Assembly (NCBI GenBank): GCA_042568575.1 | Contig: JBHPIO010000003.1 | Span: forward strand, 63,387 to 127,386 | Source of the DNA: Patescibacteria group bacterium | GTDB taxonomy: Bacteria; Patescibacteriota; Gracilibacteria; UBA1369; PNNO01 | Reading direction: 5' to 3' | DNA length: 64,000 nucleotides | Part shown: positions 29,160-39,219 of the stretch, piece by piece | How the letters are laid out: every line of letters starts with the position of its first letter | Position numbering within the stretch: the first letter of the stretch is position 1 | Program-made: the position numbers and the translations under genes | The notes under the pieces: model-generated | What the model was told of the DNA's origin: nothing | Database searches by the model: none | What the model saw: only the letters and a program-made list of their open reading frames with translations

Positions 29160-29495
29160 CTAAGGCGAGATATATTTTGAGCCTTCTGGTTTTTCCATAT
29201 CATACATCTTATCGCTTTCTTCAAGCATAAACATCGATTTTGCCTTTAATACCTTAATACGCAGTTCTTTATTAATGTTTTCCAGTTCTTCATTTTGAAG
29301 TATTAGTTGCGAATGAACGTATCCTTTTTGCGCGGAGTTACTAGTATTCAACAAAAATACGATACTCAACACGACAGTTATTAAAACCAGGCCAAATAAT
29401 AAAGCGACGATCGTCTTACGTACTTCCTGTGAAAGGGGAGTACGCTTGCGTATGAGTTTGCTCCCGAACCTCTTATTAAATGTTTCATCAACCAT
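29160..29495 (-). CDS. Single-TM coiled-coil protein (FtsL-like topology)
   Basis: Short basic N-tail, one TM helix, SAQKGY followed by a heptad coiled coil. Confidence 0.6.
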   Translation of the reverse strand: MVDETFNKRFGSKLIRKRTPLSQEVRKTIVALLFGLVLITVVLSIVFLLNTSNSAQKGYVHSQLILQNEELENINKELRIKVLKAKSMFMLEESDKMYDMEKPEGSKYISP

Positions 29496-29497
29496 TT

Positions 29498-30493
29498 TTA
29501 AACTTCATTTATAATTTCATATTCCACCCAGATAACTCCAGTTCCAGGATGTGCAATCGTCTCAAAAGCGCTGCGTGATAAATCAATAACGCGACCAGTA
29601 ATAAACGGTCCACGGTCATTTATCCTCACAGTAACTTCTGCACCATTTGCAAGATTAGTTACTTTCACCACAGTGTTAAAAGGTAGAGTCCTGTGTGCTG
29701 CGGTTAGTTCCGCTGCCCTGTAAGGCTCGCCGGAAGATGTTCCATTTCCTTCAAGTGAATCGTGATAGTACGATCCTTTTCCAAACATTGCTCCTTCTTT
29801 GCTCTTCATGTATCTGTAAACAAGTTCTGCAAACTTGCTTCGAGTCATTTCTCGGCCTGGATTAACGGTTCCATTCATCATCACATATATAATCTGTCGT
29901 AATTTTGCTTCTTGAATATATGGAGCGAACCATTCATTCATATTTACATCAACATACGGATTTTCTGTTACTTCTGGAAGAACAACGTCGTCGTCTTCCA
30001 TAACCATTTTAAAACTTTCTACCCTGTTTACAGTAATAATAGGCCTGAAGGTTCCATCTTCATATCCTTGAACAACACCTTCTTCAACTCCCTTTTTAAG
30101 ATAAGGGAAATACCATTGGCTTTTATATATGTCGGAAAAGCTAACAAGATCTAAATTTGTTGAATAATTACTCCCTCCTAGTCTATTTTGTTCAACATAA
30201 TCGTCAGTAATTGTTCCATTTGCCTCTAAAATTATTTTTAGCGCCTCAATTCTATTAATTAGATTTCCTGGCTTAAAACTTCCGTCGTTATAACCTTCCA
30301 AAATTCCTTTTTCTTTTAGATATTTGAGTGCAACGTACTCGGGATGGCCAACATCAACATCCGAAAAAACATGAGTATCAACCGGTTCTTCTACTGCTTC
30401 TTCAGATTGCGCGCTAGCAATAAAAGGAACACTAAAGATAAGGAATGCTCCCAGTGTTGTTATTAAAAGTTTGTGACTGCTTCGCATCTTCAT
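29498..30493 (-). CDS. rlpA: SLH-domain protein with C-terminal RlpA lytic transglycosylase domain
   Basis: Signal peptide; three SLH repeats (FSDV..GILEGYNDGSFKP..INR); GKGSYY..TAAHRTLPF..VRINDRGPF..RVIDLS. Confidence 0.88.
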   Translation of the reverse strand: MKMRSSHKLLITTLGAFLIFSVPFIASAQSEEAVEEPVDTHVFSDVDVGHPEYVALKYLKEKGILEGYNDGSFKPGNLINRIEALKIILEANGTITDDYVEQNRLGGSNYSTNLDLVSFSDIYKSQWYFPYLKKGVEEGVVQGYEDGTFRPIITVNRVESFKMVMEDDDVVLPEVTENPYVDVNMNEWFAPYIQEAKLRQIIYVMMNGTVNPGREMTRSKFAELVYRYMKSKEGAMFGKGSYYHDSLEGNGTSSGEPYRAAELTAAHRTLPFNTVVKVTNLANGAEVTVRINDRGPFITGRVIDLSRSAFETIAHPGTGVIWVEYEIINEV

Positions 30494-30496
30494 AGT

Positions 30497-30973
30497 TTAT
30501 GAAGGGTTTTGAAGAATTATAGTTACTTGTCTGTGATCACCATCTCCAATACTTTCAGTTACAATGTCTTTAAAGTCTTGTTCAGTTAAATACATATGAA
30601 CAACACGTCTAAAATAAGGTGACATTGGTGGCAGAACTTGAGTTTTCTTAGTCTTGCGAGCCATATCAACTTTTCGCTGTGCGAGATTAATTACGTTATC
30701 TTCCTGTCTCTTTCTGTAATTATCAACATCAAGAAGAATATTGAAATCTTCTTTTGTCTGCTTCCATGCGATAACTTTAAGCAGATGCTGAAGAGCTTGT
30801 ATATTTTCACCGTGAAATCCAATTAACATGCTTGGGTCTTCAGTTTCGATATTGATCCGATACAAGTCGTTATCACCACTTTTTTCTTTGTCGATATGTA
30901 TCTTATCAAACGGAGCCTCGATTTTAATAAGAAGAGTTTCGAGGATTTCCTTGAGGGATTTATCTATCTCCAT
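30497..30973 (-). CDS. jag: Jag/KhpB (KH plus R3H) RNA-binding protein
   Basis: LIGFHGENIQALQHL, DVDNYRKRQ, LPPMSPYFRRVVH; follows yidC. Confidence 0.9.
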   Translation of the reverse strand: MEIDKSLKEILETLLIKIEAPFDKIHIDKEKSGDNDLYRINIETEDPSMLIGFHGENIQALQHLLKVIAWKQTKEDFNILLDVDNYRKRQEDNVINLAQRKVDMARKTKKTQVLPPMSPYFRRVVHMYLTEQDFKDIVTESIGDGDHRQVTIILQNPS

Positions 30974-31034
30974 TTTAGAGGGTATATTTAAGGATATTAT
31001 TAACGTAAATAGTGCGCTTTGTAATTATAGCAAA

Positions 31035-32303
31035 TTATGAATCTTTTTCTATGACTCTAACTGTGCTTTTGTTCTTATTGCCTGGACTCACACGTTTGTT
31101 TACATAAAGTTGTTGTCCTATACCGAAGATTGTTGAAGTTCCCCAATATAGACCCACACCTGAAGGTACTGATGCGGTGAAAAGCGCTATCATAATTGGC
31201 ATTATATATACCATCATTTGAGTTGCCATTTCCATTTCTGCTCCCTTTTTTGGCTTTCCATCTTTCTTTTTCTCGATTTGCTTCTTATTCTGCTGTTGCT
31301 GTTGGTTCTTTTTACGTGCTGTAGCAAGCTTCATTTGGAAGAATTGTAGTCCTGCTACGATTAGTGGCAATACGATGATATTTCGCTCCGTTAGATTAAG
31401 TAATCCGAAGAAGTTTGTATTAATTAGAGATAAATCAAATCCTTGTTGGAACGAGTAAAGCAAGTGAACGTTATCCGGATTTAATCCTGTTTGAATTACG
31501 TAGAAGAGCGCGATAAGTATTGGCAGCTGAATAACAAGTGGCAAACAACTTCCAAAAGGATTTACCTTGTACTCTTTATATAATGCAAATGTCTCTTGAG
31601 CTATTTTTTGTTGATTGTTCTTATATTTTTCCTGCAATTTTTTAATTCGTGGTTGAAGATCCTGTAACTTTCTTTGCGATTCAAGACCACGCTGCGCAGG
31701 GATGAATAATAAAAGTCTTAAAAGAATAGTAAGCAGGATAATAGCTAAACCAAGATTATAACCCGGCATTATACTTACTATATATATAAGTGCGTTATAG
31801 ATAGGTTGATAGAAGAATGTTCCCCATGTGTATCCCCACCATGATTGACCTGAAACTGTGAATTCGTTACTTTCAAAAGTAGCCATTTCACCTTCGATTT
31901 CTGTTGTAATACCTATTTTATATCTACCTATCGTATTAAAGAGAGCATGGTTCCAAGAGCGATATTCAATTACTGATTCTTCTAGCGGAGGAATTTCGGT
32001 GTCTATTACTGTTGAGCAGTCAATATTTGGAGTTGCTGTAAGTTGGTTGAAATTACCATTTTGATATAAGAAGACATCAAGTGGTTCTTCTGGACATTCA
32101 CTTGGAAGAATAATTGGTGAATTTGTGTTGTTTTTGATCTTAACAGAAACAAGTTGATTTTGTTTGTATTCATTATTTAAAGTTGCTATTCCAATATCTC
32201 CTCCAGCGAGATTGGCATCTATTTCTGTGTTTCCGCTACATCCTCTGAAAATAACGAGAAGTGCAACAAAGAATATTGCGAATGTGATTAATTGTCGTTT
32301 CAT
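31035..32303 (-). CDS. yidC: Membrane protein insertase YidC
   Basis: GLAIILLTILLR, LQPRIKKLQEKY, NPFGSCLPLVIQLPIL, PSGVGLYW. Confidence 0.93.
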   Translation of the reverse strand: MKRQLITFAIFFVALLVIFRGCSGNTEIDANLAGGDIGIATLNNEYKQNQLVSVKIKNNTNSPIILPSECPEEPLDVFLYQNGNFNQLTATPNIDCSTVIDTEIPPLEESVIEYRSWNHALFNTIGRYKIGITTEIEGEMATFESNEFTVSGQSWWGYTWGTFFYQPIYNALIYIVSIMPGYNLGLAIILLTILLRLLLFIPAQRGLESQRKLQDLQPRIKKLQEKYKNNQQKIAQETFALYKEYKVNPFGSCLPLVIQLPILIALFYVIQTGLNPDNVHLLYSFQQGFDLSLINTNFFGLLNLTERNIIVLPLIVAGLQFFQMKLATARKKNQQQQQNKKQIEKKKDGKPKKGAEMEMATQMMVYIMPIMIALFTASVPSGVGLYWGTSTIFGIGQQLYVNKRVSPGNKNKSTVRVIEKDS

Positions 32304-32307
32304 TGAT

Positions 32308-32649
32308 TTAAGGTGCTAAAGAAGTGAAAATATCGTTAGTATTCTGAACGATTCTATCATAATTGCAAGATAAGATTTGCTTATGCGGGATGAGCACTAT
32401 GTCGTAAAATTGCTCTGTCTCCGGCTGACTTGGTAAGTTGTTTCTGATTGCCTCGTAAATTTGTCTGCGTTTTTTATTGCGAACTGTGGCGAGTTTTTCG
32501 AATTTCCTACTAAGCACTAGCGACCATCTGTGATACTTACACTTATTTGGAAGGTATTTCACAATAAACAACCCAACCTTCTTATTTTCTCCTTTATTAA
32601 GAACTTTTTGGACACGCCATCTTCGTAATCTGTAGAGTTTAGAAATCAT
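32308..32649 (-). CDS. rnpA: Ribonuclease P protein component
   Basis: LSRKFEKLATVRNKKRRQIYEAIR (RNR motif); lies between rpmH and yidC. Confidence 0.88.
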   Translation of the reverse strand: MISKLYRLRRWRVQKVLNKGENKKVGLFIVKYLPNKCKYHRWSLVLSRKFEKLATVRNKKRRQIYEAIRNNLPSQPETEQFYDIVLIPHKQILSCNYDRIVQNTNDIFTSLAP

Positions 32650-32682
32650 GCTAAAGCTTAGCTACTTAAGCCCTTTCAACTG

Positions 32683-32829
32683 TTAATTCTTCAGTTTTTT
32701 CTCAACTGTTAATTCTTTTCTACCCTTTTTTCTTCGCGCATTAATAACTTTCCTACCGTTTTTAGTACTCATTCGCGTAAGGAATCCATGTTTTCGTAGC
32801 CGTTTTTTCTTTTTTAGCTTTGCGAGCAT
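32683..32829 (-). CDS. rpmH: 50S ribosomal protein L34
   Basis: Manual translation [48 protein letters not shown]. Confidence 0.93.
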   Translation of the reverse strand: MLAKLKKKKRLRKHGFLTRMSTKNGRKVINARRKKGRKELTVEKKLKN

Positions 32830-32988
32830 ATATAAAAGTCAAAAATTATTAACTAGTGAACTAGCGGAGAGATGATACTGCAATACCGTAAGAGGTGTCA
32901 ACGTGTATCTTATTTGGATAATCTTTTCACTTGACAAGATTAGGGAAATATAGAAAAATACATATCCAGCTCGCTAAATTATTAAGGT

Positions 32989-33606
32989 ATGGCACAAGAG
33001 GCATTAAATTATGAATCGGACAATAATCCGCAAAATATTGGACAGGTTTTATATACAGAAGGTGCTGAACTTTTTCCACTTAGAGAATTTTCTAGATATA
33101 GAGATGTGCGAAATAATGATGAAATTATTGCCTTAGGGCTGCAGGATCAAATAAAAAGGTTAGAAAATTTCTTTTGGCCAATACTTAGGGCTTCTTTTAA
33201 GATAGCCGCTAACGATTATGAACAAACGGAATTTTTAAGAGAAAGGTTGATTCAGGCTGAAGTAGTTTTAGATGATTTTAATAGACTTATTTGTTCTAGT
33301 GGATGTTCTCAAGAACTATTAGACCTTTTTGAGTTAGCTTATATGAAGAGTTTTAGAAGAATACGTAGAAAACTTTTTCCAGATTCAGAACTGTTTGATC
33401 AAGAAGAAAAAGTTGTGTCAGCTACTCCAATAGAAAAAGTAGATGTTTCTGAACCAAAAGAGAGTTTTATTAAACGAAATAGACTCGCTATTGCATTATG
33501 CGCAGCATTAGTTGTTGCAGGTGGATCATTTGCGGCCTTACACTCAATGAATGACTCTAATGATACTCAGAGATTAGGCAATGCAATTTCATTCAAAAAC
33601 GAGTAA
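32989..33606 (+). CDS. Hypothetical protein with C-terminal TM helix
   Basis: 205-aa ORF; TTGACA at 32931; hydrophobic LAIALCAALVVAGGSFAAL. Confidence 0.7.
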   Translation: MAQEALNYESDNNPQNIGQVLYTEGAELFPLREFSRYRDVRNNDEIIALGLQDQIKRLENFFWPILRASFKIAANDYEQTEFLRERLIQAEVVLDDFNRLICSSGCSQELLDLFELAYMKSFRRIRRKLFPDSELFDQEEKVVSATPIEKVDVSEPKESFIKRNRLAIALCAALVVAGGSFAALHSMNDSNDTQRLGNAISFKNE

Positions 33607-33728
33607 TGCGCTAAGCATAAGTCGCGCTGCTTCCATTGAACCAAAAAATTATTCTTATACCTTGAACTGGAAAACGTTTTAGGTTATCTTTGACAGGAAT
33701 ATTAAAAAGCAGAATAAACCACCAAAAT

Positions 33729-35660
33729 ATGGAACTGCGAAACCAATTTGAATTTTTATTTGTTGGTAAAGAAGAAGGGAGCTTTCTTGAGAATTATGCA
33801 TACGATTTAGGCGAAGGAGAAGAGGCTGCCGGGCAATTATTTGTAACTGTAGAAATTCAGAATAATCCAGCAGATGCTGAAGTTATCGCTGAAACAATTT
33901 TTGATTCAGCGCGAAAAATGTTTTTCTCGGATCTAGAAAAAGATCCATATACGCGTTTTGAAGATGCTCTTAAAGAGGTAAACAACGCTATTGCAAGCTT
34001 TAAGGCTGAAACAGTTTCAAAGTTTATTGGGAATCTCCATGCAATTGTAGGTGTAGTTGTAGGTAACGAGCTTCATTTATCTCAAACAGGAGATGCCGAA
34101 GCGTATTTAATAAGGAAACGTTATAGCAGTGTTATTAGTGAAGGATTAAGTGATCCAACTGCTCAAAGTGATGAGACTTTTAGTAATATCGCAAGTGGAT
34201 CAATTGAACCGGGAGATTTTGTATTATTTAGTACAACACGATTACTTAGATATATTTCAAAGAGTGATTTTATTCAAATAATGAAGTCACAGGATCTTAT
34301 GGGGTCGCTTGCTGATCTTAAAGATACTCTTGCACCAGAAATCTTAAGCAAAATTGGAATTGTTGGAATGGCTTTCCACGAAGGTTTAAGTGAACTTTCT
34401 ACCACAGAAAGAAAGGGTGTTCGTGAATATTTGGAAGATGAGAACCCTGCTCAGGCAAGAAGAGAAAGAACAAAGCCAAACAAGGTTCAAACAGCAGTAA
34501 AAGGTGTTGGAGCCAAGGCTGTTCATTATTTCAACGAGATATTAAAAGGAATGACATCCAGAAGAATGACGAAAGATAAGATTCTTGCTCTTTTGATAAT
34601 TATTATTCTGCTTCTGACTACAGTTATTTGGTTTGTGAAGAATAATGGGGCAAATAAAAGAGAACTCGAACGTTTGGATGAAGTACTAGTTCAAGTTAGA
34701 GAAGATGTGAATACCGCCAGTTTGCGTGGTTTGAGCAATAAAGATGCTGCTGCGCAAATACTTGCTCAGGCTCAGGAGCAGGCTCTAGAAGTACTTAATT
34801 CAGGAAATCACAGAAGCAAGGCTAATGAAATTTTAGGACTAATTCAGGAAGAAAAAACTAAACTTGATAACATTACTTATGTTAGCGAGCCAAGAGTTAT
34901 TGCAAACCTAGCTGAAAAAAGAGAAAACATAAGCGCGCTTGGTCTTATTCCATTTGAAGATCATGTATATGCGTATGAATACAATGCCTTATACGAGGTG
35001 CTTCTTGATCGTATAGAGGATCCGTTAACAATTGATGACAACGAAACAGTTATTTCAGGCGTGTACGATGATGATAACGATGCGTTATTGTTCTTAACAA
35101 AGAGTGGTAAAGTTGTTCAATATGCAAACGGACAGTTCCAATTCATGGATACAGACGATGGAGCATTCCACAAAGGTGTTTCTATTCAATCGTATAACGG
35201 AAAAATGTATATCCTTGATAACGAAGGAAAACAGATTTGGAAATACACAAAACTAAGAGATAAATATGGAAATGCAGAAGGCTATGTAACAAGTGGCGAA
35301 CTTGCAGATCCTATTGATTTAGCAATTGATGGATTTATATATGTAATTCAGGGTGATGGATCACTTGTGAAATTTGATCGAGGAGATCAAACAGAATTCT
35401 CTGTTTCAAAATCACCACTTGATCCAATTGAAAAGCCAACAAGCCTTTATACAGAACTTGATCTAAATAGAATCTTTATTCTTGAATCTTCAAAGAACAG
35501 AGTTATCGTTCTTGATAAAGATGCAACAACAGGAAATGCCGTGTATAGCGGACAATATGTATTTGATGGCTTGAGCGATGTGCGTGACATGTACTTCGAC
35601 AAAGGAAGCAACAGGCTGTACTTGTTAGATGCTCAACACATTTATGAAGTTACAATTTAA
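33729..35660 (+). CDS. Bitopic protein: degenerate PP2C-like N-domain, TM helix, helical stalk, beta-propeller
   Basis: LHLSQTGDAEAYLIR and GDFVLFST (PP2C-like); propeller repeats MYILD..QIWKY and DLAIDGFIYVI. Confidence 0.7.
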   Translation: MELRNQFEFLFVGKEEGSFLENYAYDLGEGEEAAGQLFVTVEIQNNPADAEVIAETIFDSARKMFFSDLEKDPYTRFEDALKEVNNAIASFKAETVSKFIGNLHAIVGVVVGNELHLSQTGDAEAYLIRKRYSSVISEGLSDPTAQSDETFSNIASGSIEPGDFVLFSTTRLLRYISKSDFIQIMKSQDLMGSLADLKDTLAPEILSKIGIVGMAFHEGLSELSTTERKGVREYLEDENPAQARRERTKPNKVQTAVKGVGAKAVHYFNEILKGMTSRRMTKDKILALLIIIILLLTTVIWFVKNNGANKRELERLDEVLVQVREDVNTASLRGLSNKDAAAQILAQAQEQALEVLNSGNHRSKANEILGLIQEEKTKLDNITYVSEPRVIANLAEKRENISALGLIPFEDHVYAYEYNALYEVLLDRIEDPLTIDDNETVISGVYDDDNDALLFLTKSGKVVQYANGQFQFMDTDDGAFHKGVSIQSYNGKMYILDNEGKQIWKYTKLRDKYGNAEGYVTSGELADPIDLAIDGFIYVIQGDGSLVKFDRGDQTEFSVSKSPLDPIEKPTSLYTELDLNRIFILESSKNRVIVLDKDATTGNAVYSGQYVFDGLSDVRDMYFDKGSNRLYLLDAQHIYEVTI

Positions 35661-36784
35661 TCGAGAAGTTTAGCGACAAACTTAGCAATGTTAATAGCGG
35701 CGTCCGGCTTGCTATGTTCTTTTAGACCTTTCAAATACTTACTATAATCTTTTCGCATATCAGAAATTATTGAAGGGAGTCTTTCAATATCTTTATTTCC
35801 TTTCTTAAGAATCACACCAAGGTTATGTTTTCTTATTAATTCTGCGTTTCCTTCTTCCTGCCCAGGTATAACTTGTGTGATGATCATTGGTTTTTCCACA
35901 GAAATACATTCCATGACTGTTGCGCCGCCTGCTTTTGTAATAATAAGATCACTTGCCTTAATTAGGTCAGGAACATTTGGTGTCCAACCCATAATCGCAA
36001 CGTTTTTCTCCTCTCTTAAATGCTCGATTTTTGGCATTATGGTCTCGTTTCTTCCAGTAACGCAAATCACATTGTAATCACGTTTTTCATATATGATTTT
36101 TTCGAATATTTTTAGATTTCGACGGTTATTCCCGACAGTCGCAAACAGAAGAATGGTGAAAAGTTTAGGATTTAAATCGAGCTTTTTTAAAGTTTCATCT
36201 TTATTGCTAGGTTTCGTGAATTCCATATTTACCGGAAATCCAAGAATTTTGATTTTCTCTGAATCAACCCCCTTATCCATTAAAACTTTGGCAGTATCTT
36301 CGTTTGGAACTATACGATAATCAGCGTCGGCAACCAGCCATGCATGATGTATATAAATTGAATCCGTAATTATATTTAAGAATTTTGCTTTTGGATGTTT
36401 CTTTTTCCATACTTGTGCAATTCCATAATCCCAAATTGGGTAAGTAGAAATAATTAGATCTGGATCTGTTTCTTTAAGCACCTTTTTCATTGCTGTGTTG
36501 AGCATTGGGTAGTTCATTGTATTTAAGAATTTCACTGGCCATGGTGCATCTGTGAGGTCAAAGAACGTTTTATAAAAAGCCGGCAAGTATTTTACCGATC
36601 CATCATAAGCTGCTTCAACAGTTCTACTGAATATCCCGGAAACTAAACTAAAAAAATCCACAATTTCGATGTTGATTTTATCTCCATACAAATGTTCCAA
36701 CGCTTCTTTAGTAGCATTGGTTGCGCTTATATGGCCTTTTCCCATGTTCGCATACAAAATCAAAACAGTTTTCTTCATCCGCAT
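35657..36784 (-). CDS. GT28 glycosyltransferase (MGDG synthase / UgtP-like)
   Basis: GKGHISAT, PDLIISTYP, IITD..HHAW, DLIITKAGGATVME, IPGQEEGN. Confidence 0.9.
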   Translation of the reverse strand: MRMKKTVLILYANMGKGHISATNATKEALEHLYGDKINIEIVDFFSLVSGIFSRTVEAAYDGSVKYLPAFYKTFFDLTDAPWPVKFLNTMNYPMLNTAMKKVLKETDPDLIISTYPIWDYGIAQVWKKKHPKAKFLNIITDSIYIHHAWLVADADYRIVPNEDTAKVLMDKGVDSEKIKILGFPVNMEFTKPSNKDETLKKLDLNPKLFTILLFATVGNNRRNLKIFEKIIYEKRDYNVICVTGRNETIMPKIEHLREEKNVAIMGWTPNVPDLIKASDLIITKAGGATVMECISVEKPMIITQVIPGQEEGNAELIRKHNLGVILKKGNKDIERLPSIISDMRKDYSKYLKGLKEHSKPDAAINIAKFVAKLLD

Positions 36785-36814
36785 CTACTTAAAAAATTTT
36801 GGGAGATATCGAAA

Positions 36815-37675
36815 CTATTTTAACATCCAAGGGTACTCTTCTTCAACCGCATGAATCAAAGTCTCGGATTTATAGATTCCGAGCTCTGTAATAACACCTG
36901 AAAAGATGTCGGGAGCCACTATTTCGAAAGCAGGATTATGTATTTCAACTCCTTTTGGAGGATTTTCCCATACTTCATTTGGATCACGTTCTTCAATTTC
37001 TTCATCGAATCCATAAACTGTTTGTGGGGCAAACTTCCATGAGTTAGTACATGAATAAGAGGGGATACGTGAGTCCTTCGCGCATTCCGCAAGCATTTCG
37101 GTTCCAATTTTATTAATAACTTTTCCTTCTGAAGTCACAGCATCGCATCCAAACAAAAACAAATCAGCTTTTCGCATCATTGTTCTTCCGGCGCTATCAA
37201 CAAAATGCACAACTTTAATACCTGCTTCTGCTAATTCTTTTGATGTGATACGTCCTTGGAATTTTGGTCTTGTTTCAGTGCTATAAACTGTAAATTTCTT
37301 ACCTTGTTTATGTGCCTCAAGCAATACTTTCTCAACAGTCGACGAATGGCAGTGAGTAAACACAATCATTCCGTCGTGAATTTTTTTTGCTCCGTATTCT
37401 GCAATTTTTTGTTTTCCTTCTTTAAAATGATTAATCACATGCTGCGTAACATTCGGATCTTTTTCATAGTTTTCAAGGCAATAGCGAAGTGCATTTCTTA
37501 GGGCTGGTTCTGTTGGTCTTGTAGCCTTAAGTTCTTCATAAGCTTTACGTATTTCTTTAGGATCTGACGTTTCTTTAAGTTTAAGTGCTAATGCTTCTAC
37601 TGCAGCAACTGCAATTCTTTCCGCACCTTGAATTTCAAGATTCTTAATTTTTTGAATTATTTCTTCGTACTTCAT
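36815..37675 (-). CDS. Ribose-1,5-bisphosphate isomerase (eIF-2B family)
   Basis: EIQGA, TRPTEP, FTHCHSS (catalytic Cys), ETRPKFQG, GCDAV, NKIGT, NPAFE; adjacent to AMP phosphorylase. Confidence 0.9.
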   Translation of the reverse strand: MKYEEIIQKIKNLEIQGAERIAVAAVEALALKLKETSDPKEIRKAYEELKATRPTEPALRNALRYCLENYEKDPNVTQHVINHFKEGKQKIAEYGAKKIHDGMIVFTHCHSSTVEKVLLEAHKQGKKFTVYSTETRPKFQGRITSKELAEAGIKVVHFVDSAGRTMMRKADLFLFGCDAVTSEGKVINKIGTEMLAECAKDSRIPSYSCTNSWKFAPQTVYGFDEEIEERDPNEVWENPPKGVEIHNPAFEIVAPDIFSGVITELGIYKSETLIHAVEEEYPWMLK

Positions 37676-39165
37676 TTTTTATGATTATTAATATGATACG
37701 CCTCGTTTAATGGAAGCTTATTTACATATTTAATACGTATCTTGTTTTCTGTGTAAACTGTGAATAGCTTATCGCCTTTCTTAACTTTCTCACCAAGTTT
37801 TTTGTGAACGTAAACACCGCCGCCAGTATTTGAAGGCGCTCCAGCAGCTCTTGAGATTGTTGCTAGAAGTTTGTTCTTAATACTTGTGATTGTTCCTGCT
37901 TTTTCAGCAAAAACATCTAATTTGAACTCTCCGACTTTTTTCATTTTCTTTTTTCCCTGCGCTTTAATAATTCTATTAAACTGTTTGTACGCTTTTCCTG
38001 AATCAAGAACTTCACATACTAATTTTTCAGCAGCTTTTTTAGATTTATACTTACCTGTTAAGTAAAGAAGTTCAGTACAAAGCATAATTGCTTTCTCTTT
38101 TAGATCTTGGGGCGCATCCTCTTCGTTTTTTAGGACTTTAATTACGTCCAGGCATTCAAGAACAGGCCCGATTCCGTTTCCTATTGGTTGATCGGCACTT
38201 GTAACAACAACTGTCATTTTCATCTTTAGCTTTTTCGCGATTGCCAAGAATCTTTTCTTAAGCTGTGTTGCATCCTTCATTGTTTTTAGCTTTCCTTGTC
38301 TTCCAATTGGGATATCAATAATTACATTATTTGCCGACACAGAATGTTTTTTGGCCATAATCGAAGCTAGTAGCATTCCTTGAGGATCCAGTTTTAACGG
38401 GTAACGTACACGAATCAGTTTGTCGTCAGCAGCAGCAAGATCAACACCACCGCCCCATGTAATAAATCCGCCTACTTCGTCTGCAATTTCTTTAAGTCTT
38501 TTTGCATCATTTACAACATTTGCAAGGACTTCCATAGTGTCTGCAGTTCCTGCAGGACTTGTGATTGCTCTTGAAGATGTTTTTGGCATTTTGTATCCAA
38601 GTGCAGTGATAATCGGTACTACAAGCATAGTTGTACGATTACCCGGAACACCACCAATACAATGCTTATCCATTACAATTCGATCTTTAAATTCAAGTCT
38701 TTCGCCATATTTAACAATCGACTTTGTAAGATTAGCAGTTTCTTCATCAGAAAGACCTCTTGCATAACATCCTGATACAAAATAAGTCATTTCAATATCA
38801 GAAAGATCATCTGCAACGATGTCACGAACAATTGTATCGATTTTTTCTGCTCCTAAATGTTTACCGAGAAGTTTTTCCTTAATATACGCATCAGATTCTG
38901 GTTTTGGAGCAACGTTTACTCTAATAAGGTCTCCTTTTTTAATCTTTAGCTTGTCCCAAGTTTCGGAAAAAAGTCCAATTTGGTTGTCGCGCAGTTCTTT
39001 GTTCTCTGTTATATCAAGAATTGCAGTAAGTTTTTTGCTCCCAACTTTTAAAAGAACACGGTCAGCACAACGCATGTCCAGCTCCTGGGCTGTTCTTTCG
39101 TTAACAATTGCTATGTACTTATTTCCAACTTTAATTGGGATTCTTTTCGGAATTAATTTCATCAT
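37672..39165 (-). CDS. deoA: AMP phosphorylase (archaeal-type thymidine phosphorylase family)
   Basis: N-terminal extra domain; DKHCIGGVPGNRTT, PKTSSRAITSPAGTADTMEVL, QPIGNGIGPVLE. Confidence 0.92.
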   Translation of the reverse strand: MMKLIPKRIPIKVGNKYIAIVNERTAQELDMRCADRVLLKVGSKKLTAILDITENKELRDNQIGLFSETWDKLKIKKGDLIRVNVAPKPESDAYIKEKLLGKHLGAEKIDTIVRDIVADDLSDIEMTYFVSGCYARGLSDEETANLTKSIVKYGERLEFKDRIVMDKHCIGGVPGNRTTMLVVPIITALGYKMPKTSSRAITSPAGTADTMEVLANVVNDAKRLKEIADEVGGFITWGGGVDLAAADDKLIRVRYPLKLDPQGMLLASIMAKKHSVSANNVIIDIPIGRQGKLKTMKDATQLKKRFLAIAKKLKMKMTVVVTSADQPIGNGIGPVLECLDVIKVLKNEEDAPQDLKEKAIMLCTELLYLTGKYKSKKAAEKLVCEVLDSGKAYKQFNRIIKAQGKKKMKKVGEFKLDVFAEKAGTITSIKNKLLATISRAAGAPSNTGGGVYVHKKLGEKVKKGDKLFTVYTENKIRIKYVNKLPLNEAYHINNHKK

Positions 39166-39219
39166 GACAGAGTAAGTTATTTAGATATTAGTATATAATA
39201 CAGGAAAAATGGCTTAAAC

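Noticed and set aside
32830-32988. Replication origin next to rpmH
   Set aside because: No dnaA gene and no cluster of TTATCCACA boxes in this short intergenic region.
36815-37675. Methylthioribose-1-phosphate isomerase (mtnA) or translation factor eIF-2B
   Set aside because: The THCHS motif and adjacency to AMP phosphorylase fit R15P isomerase better.
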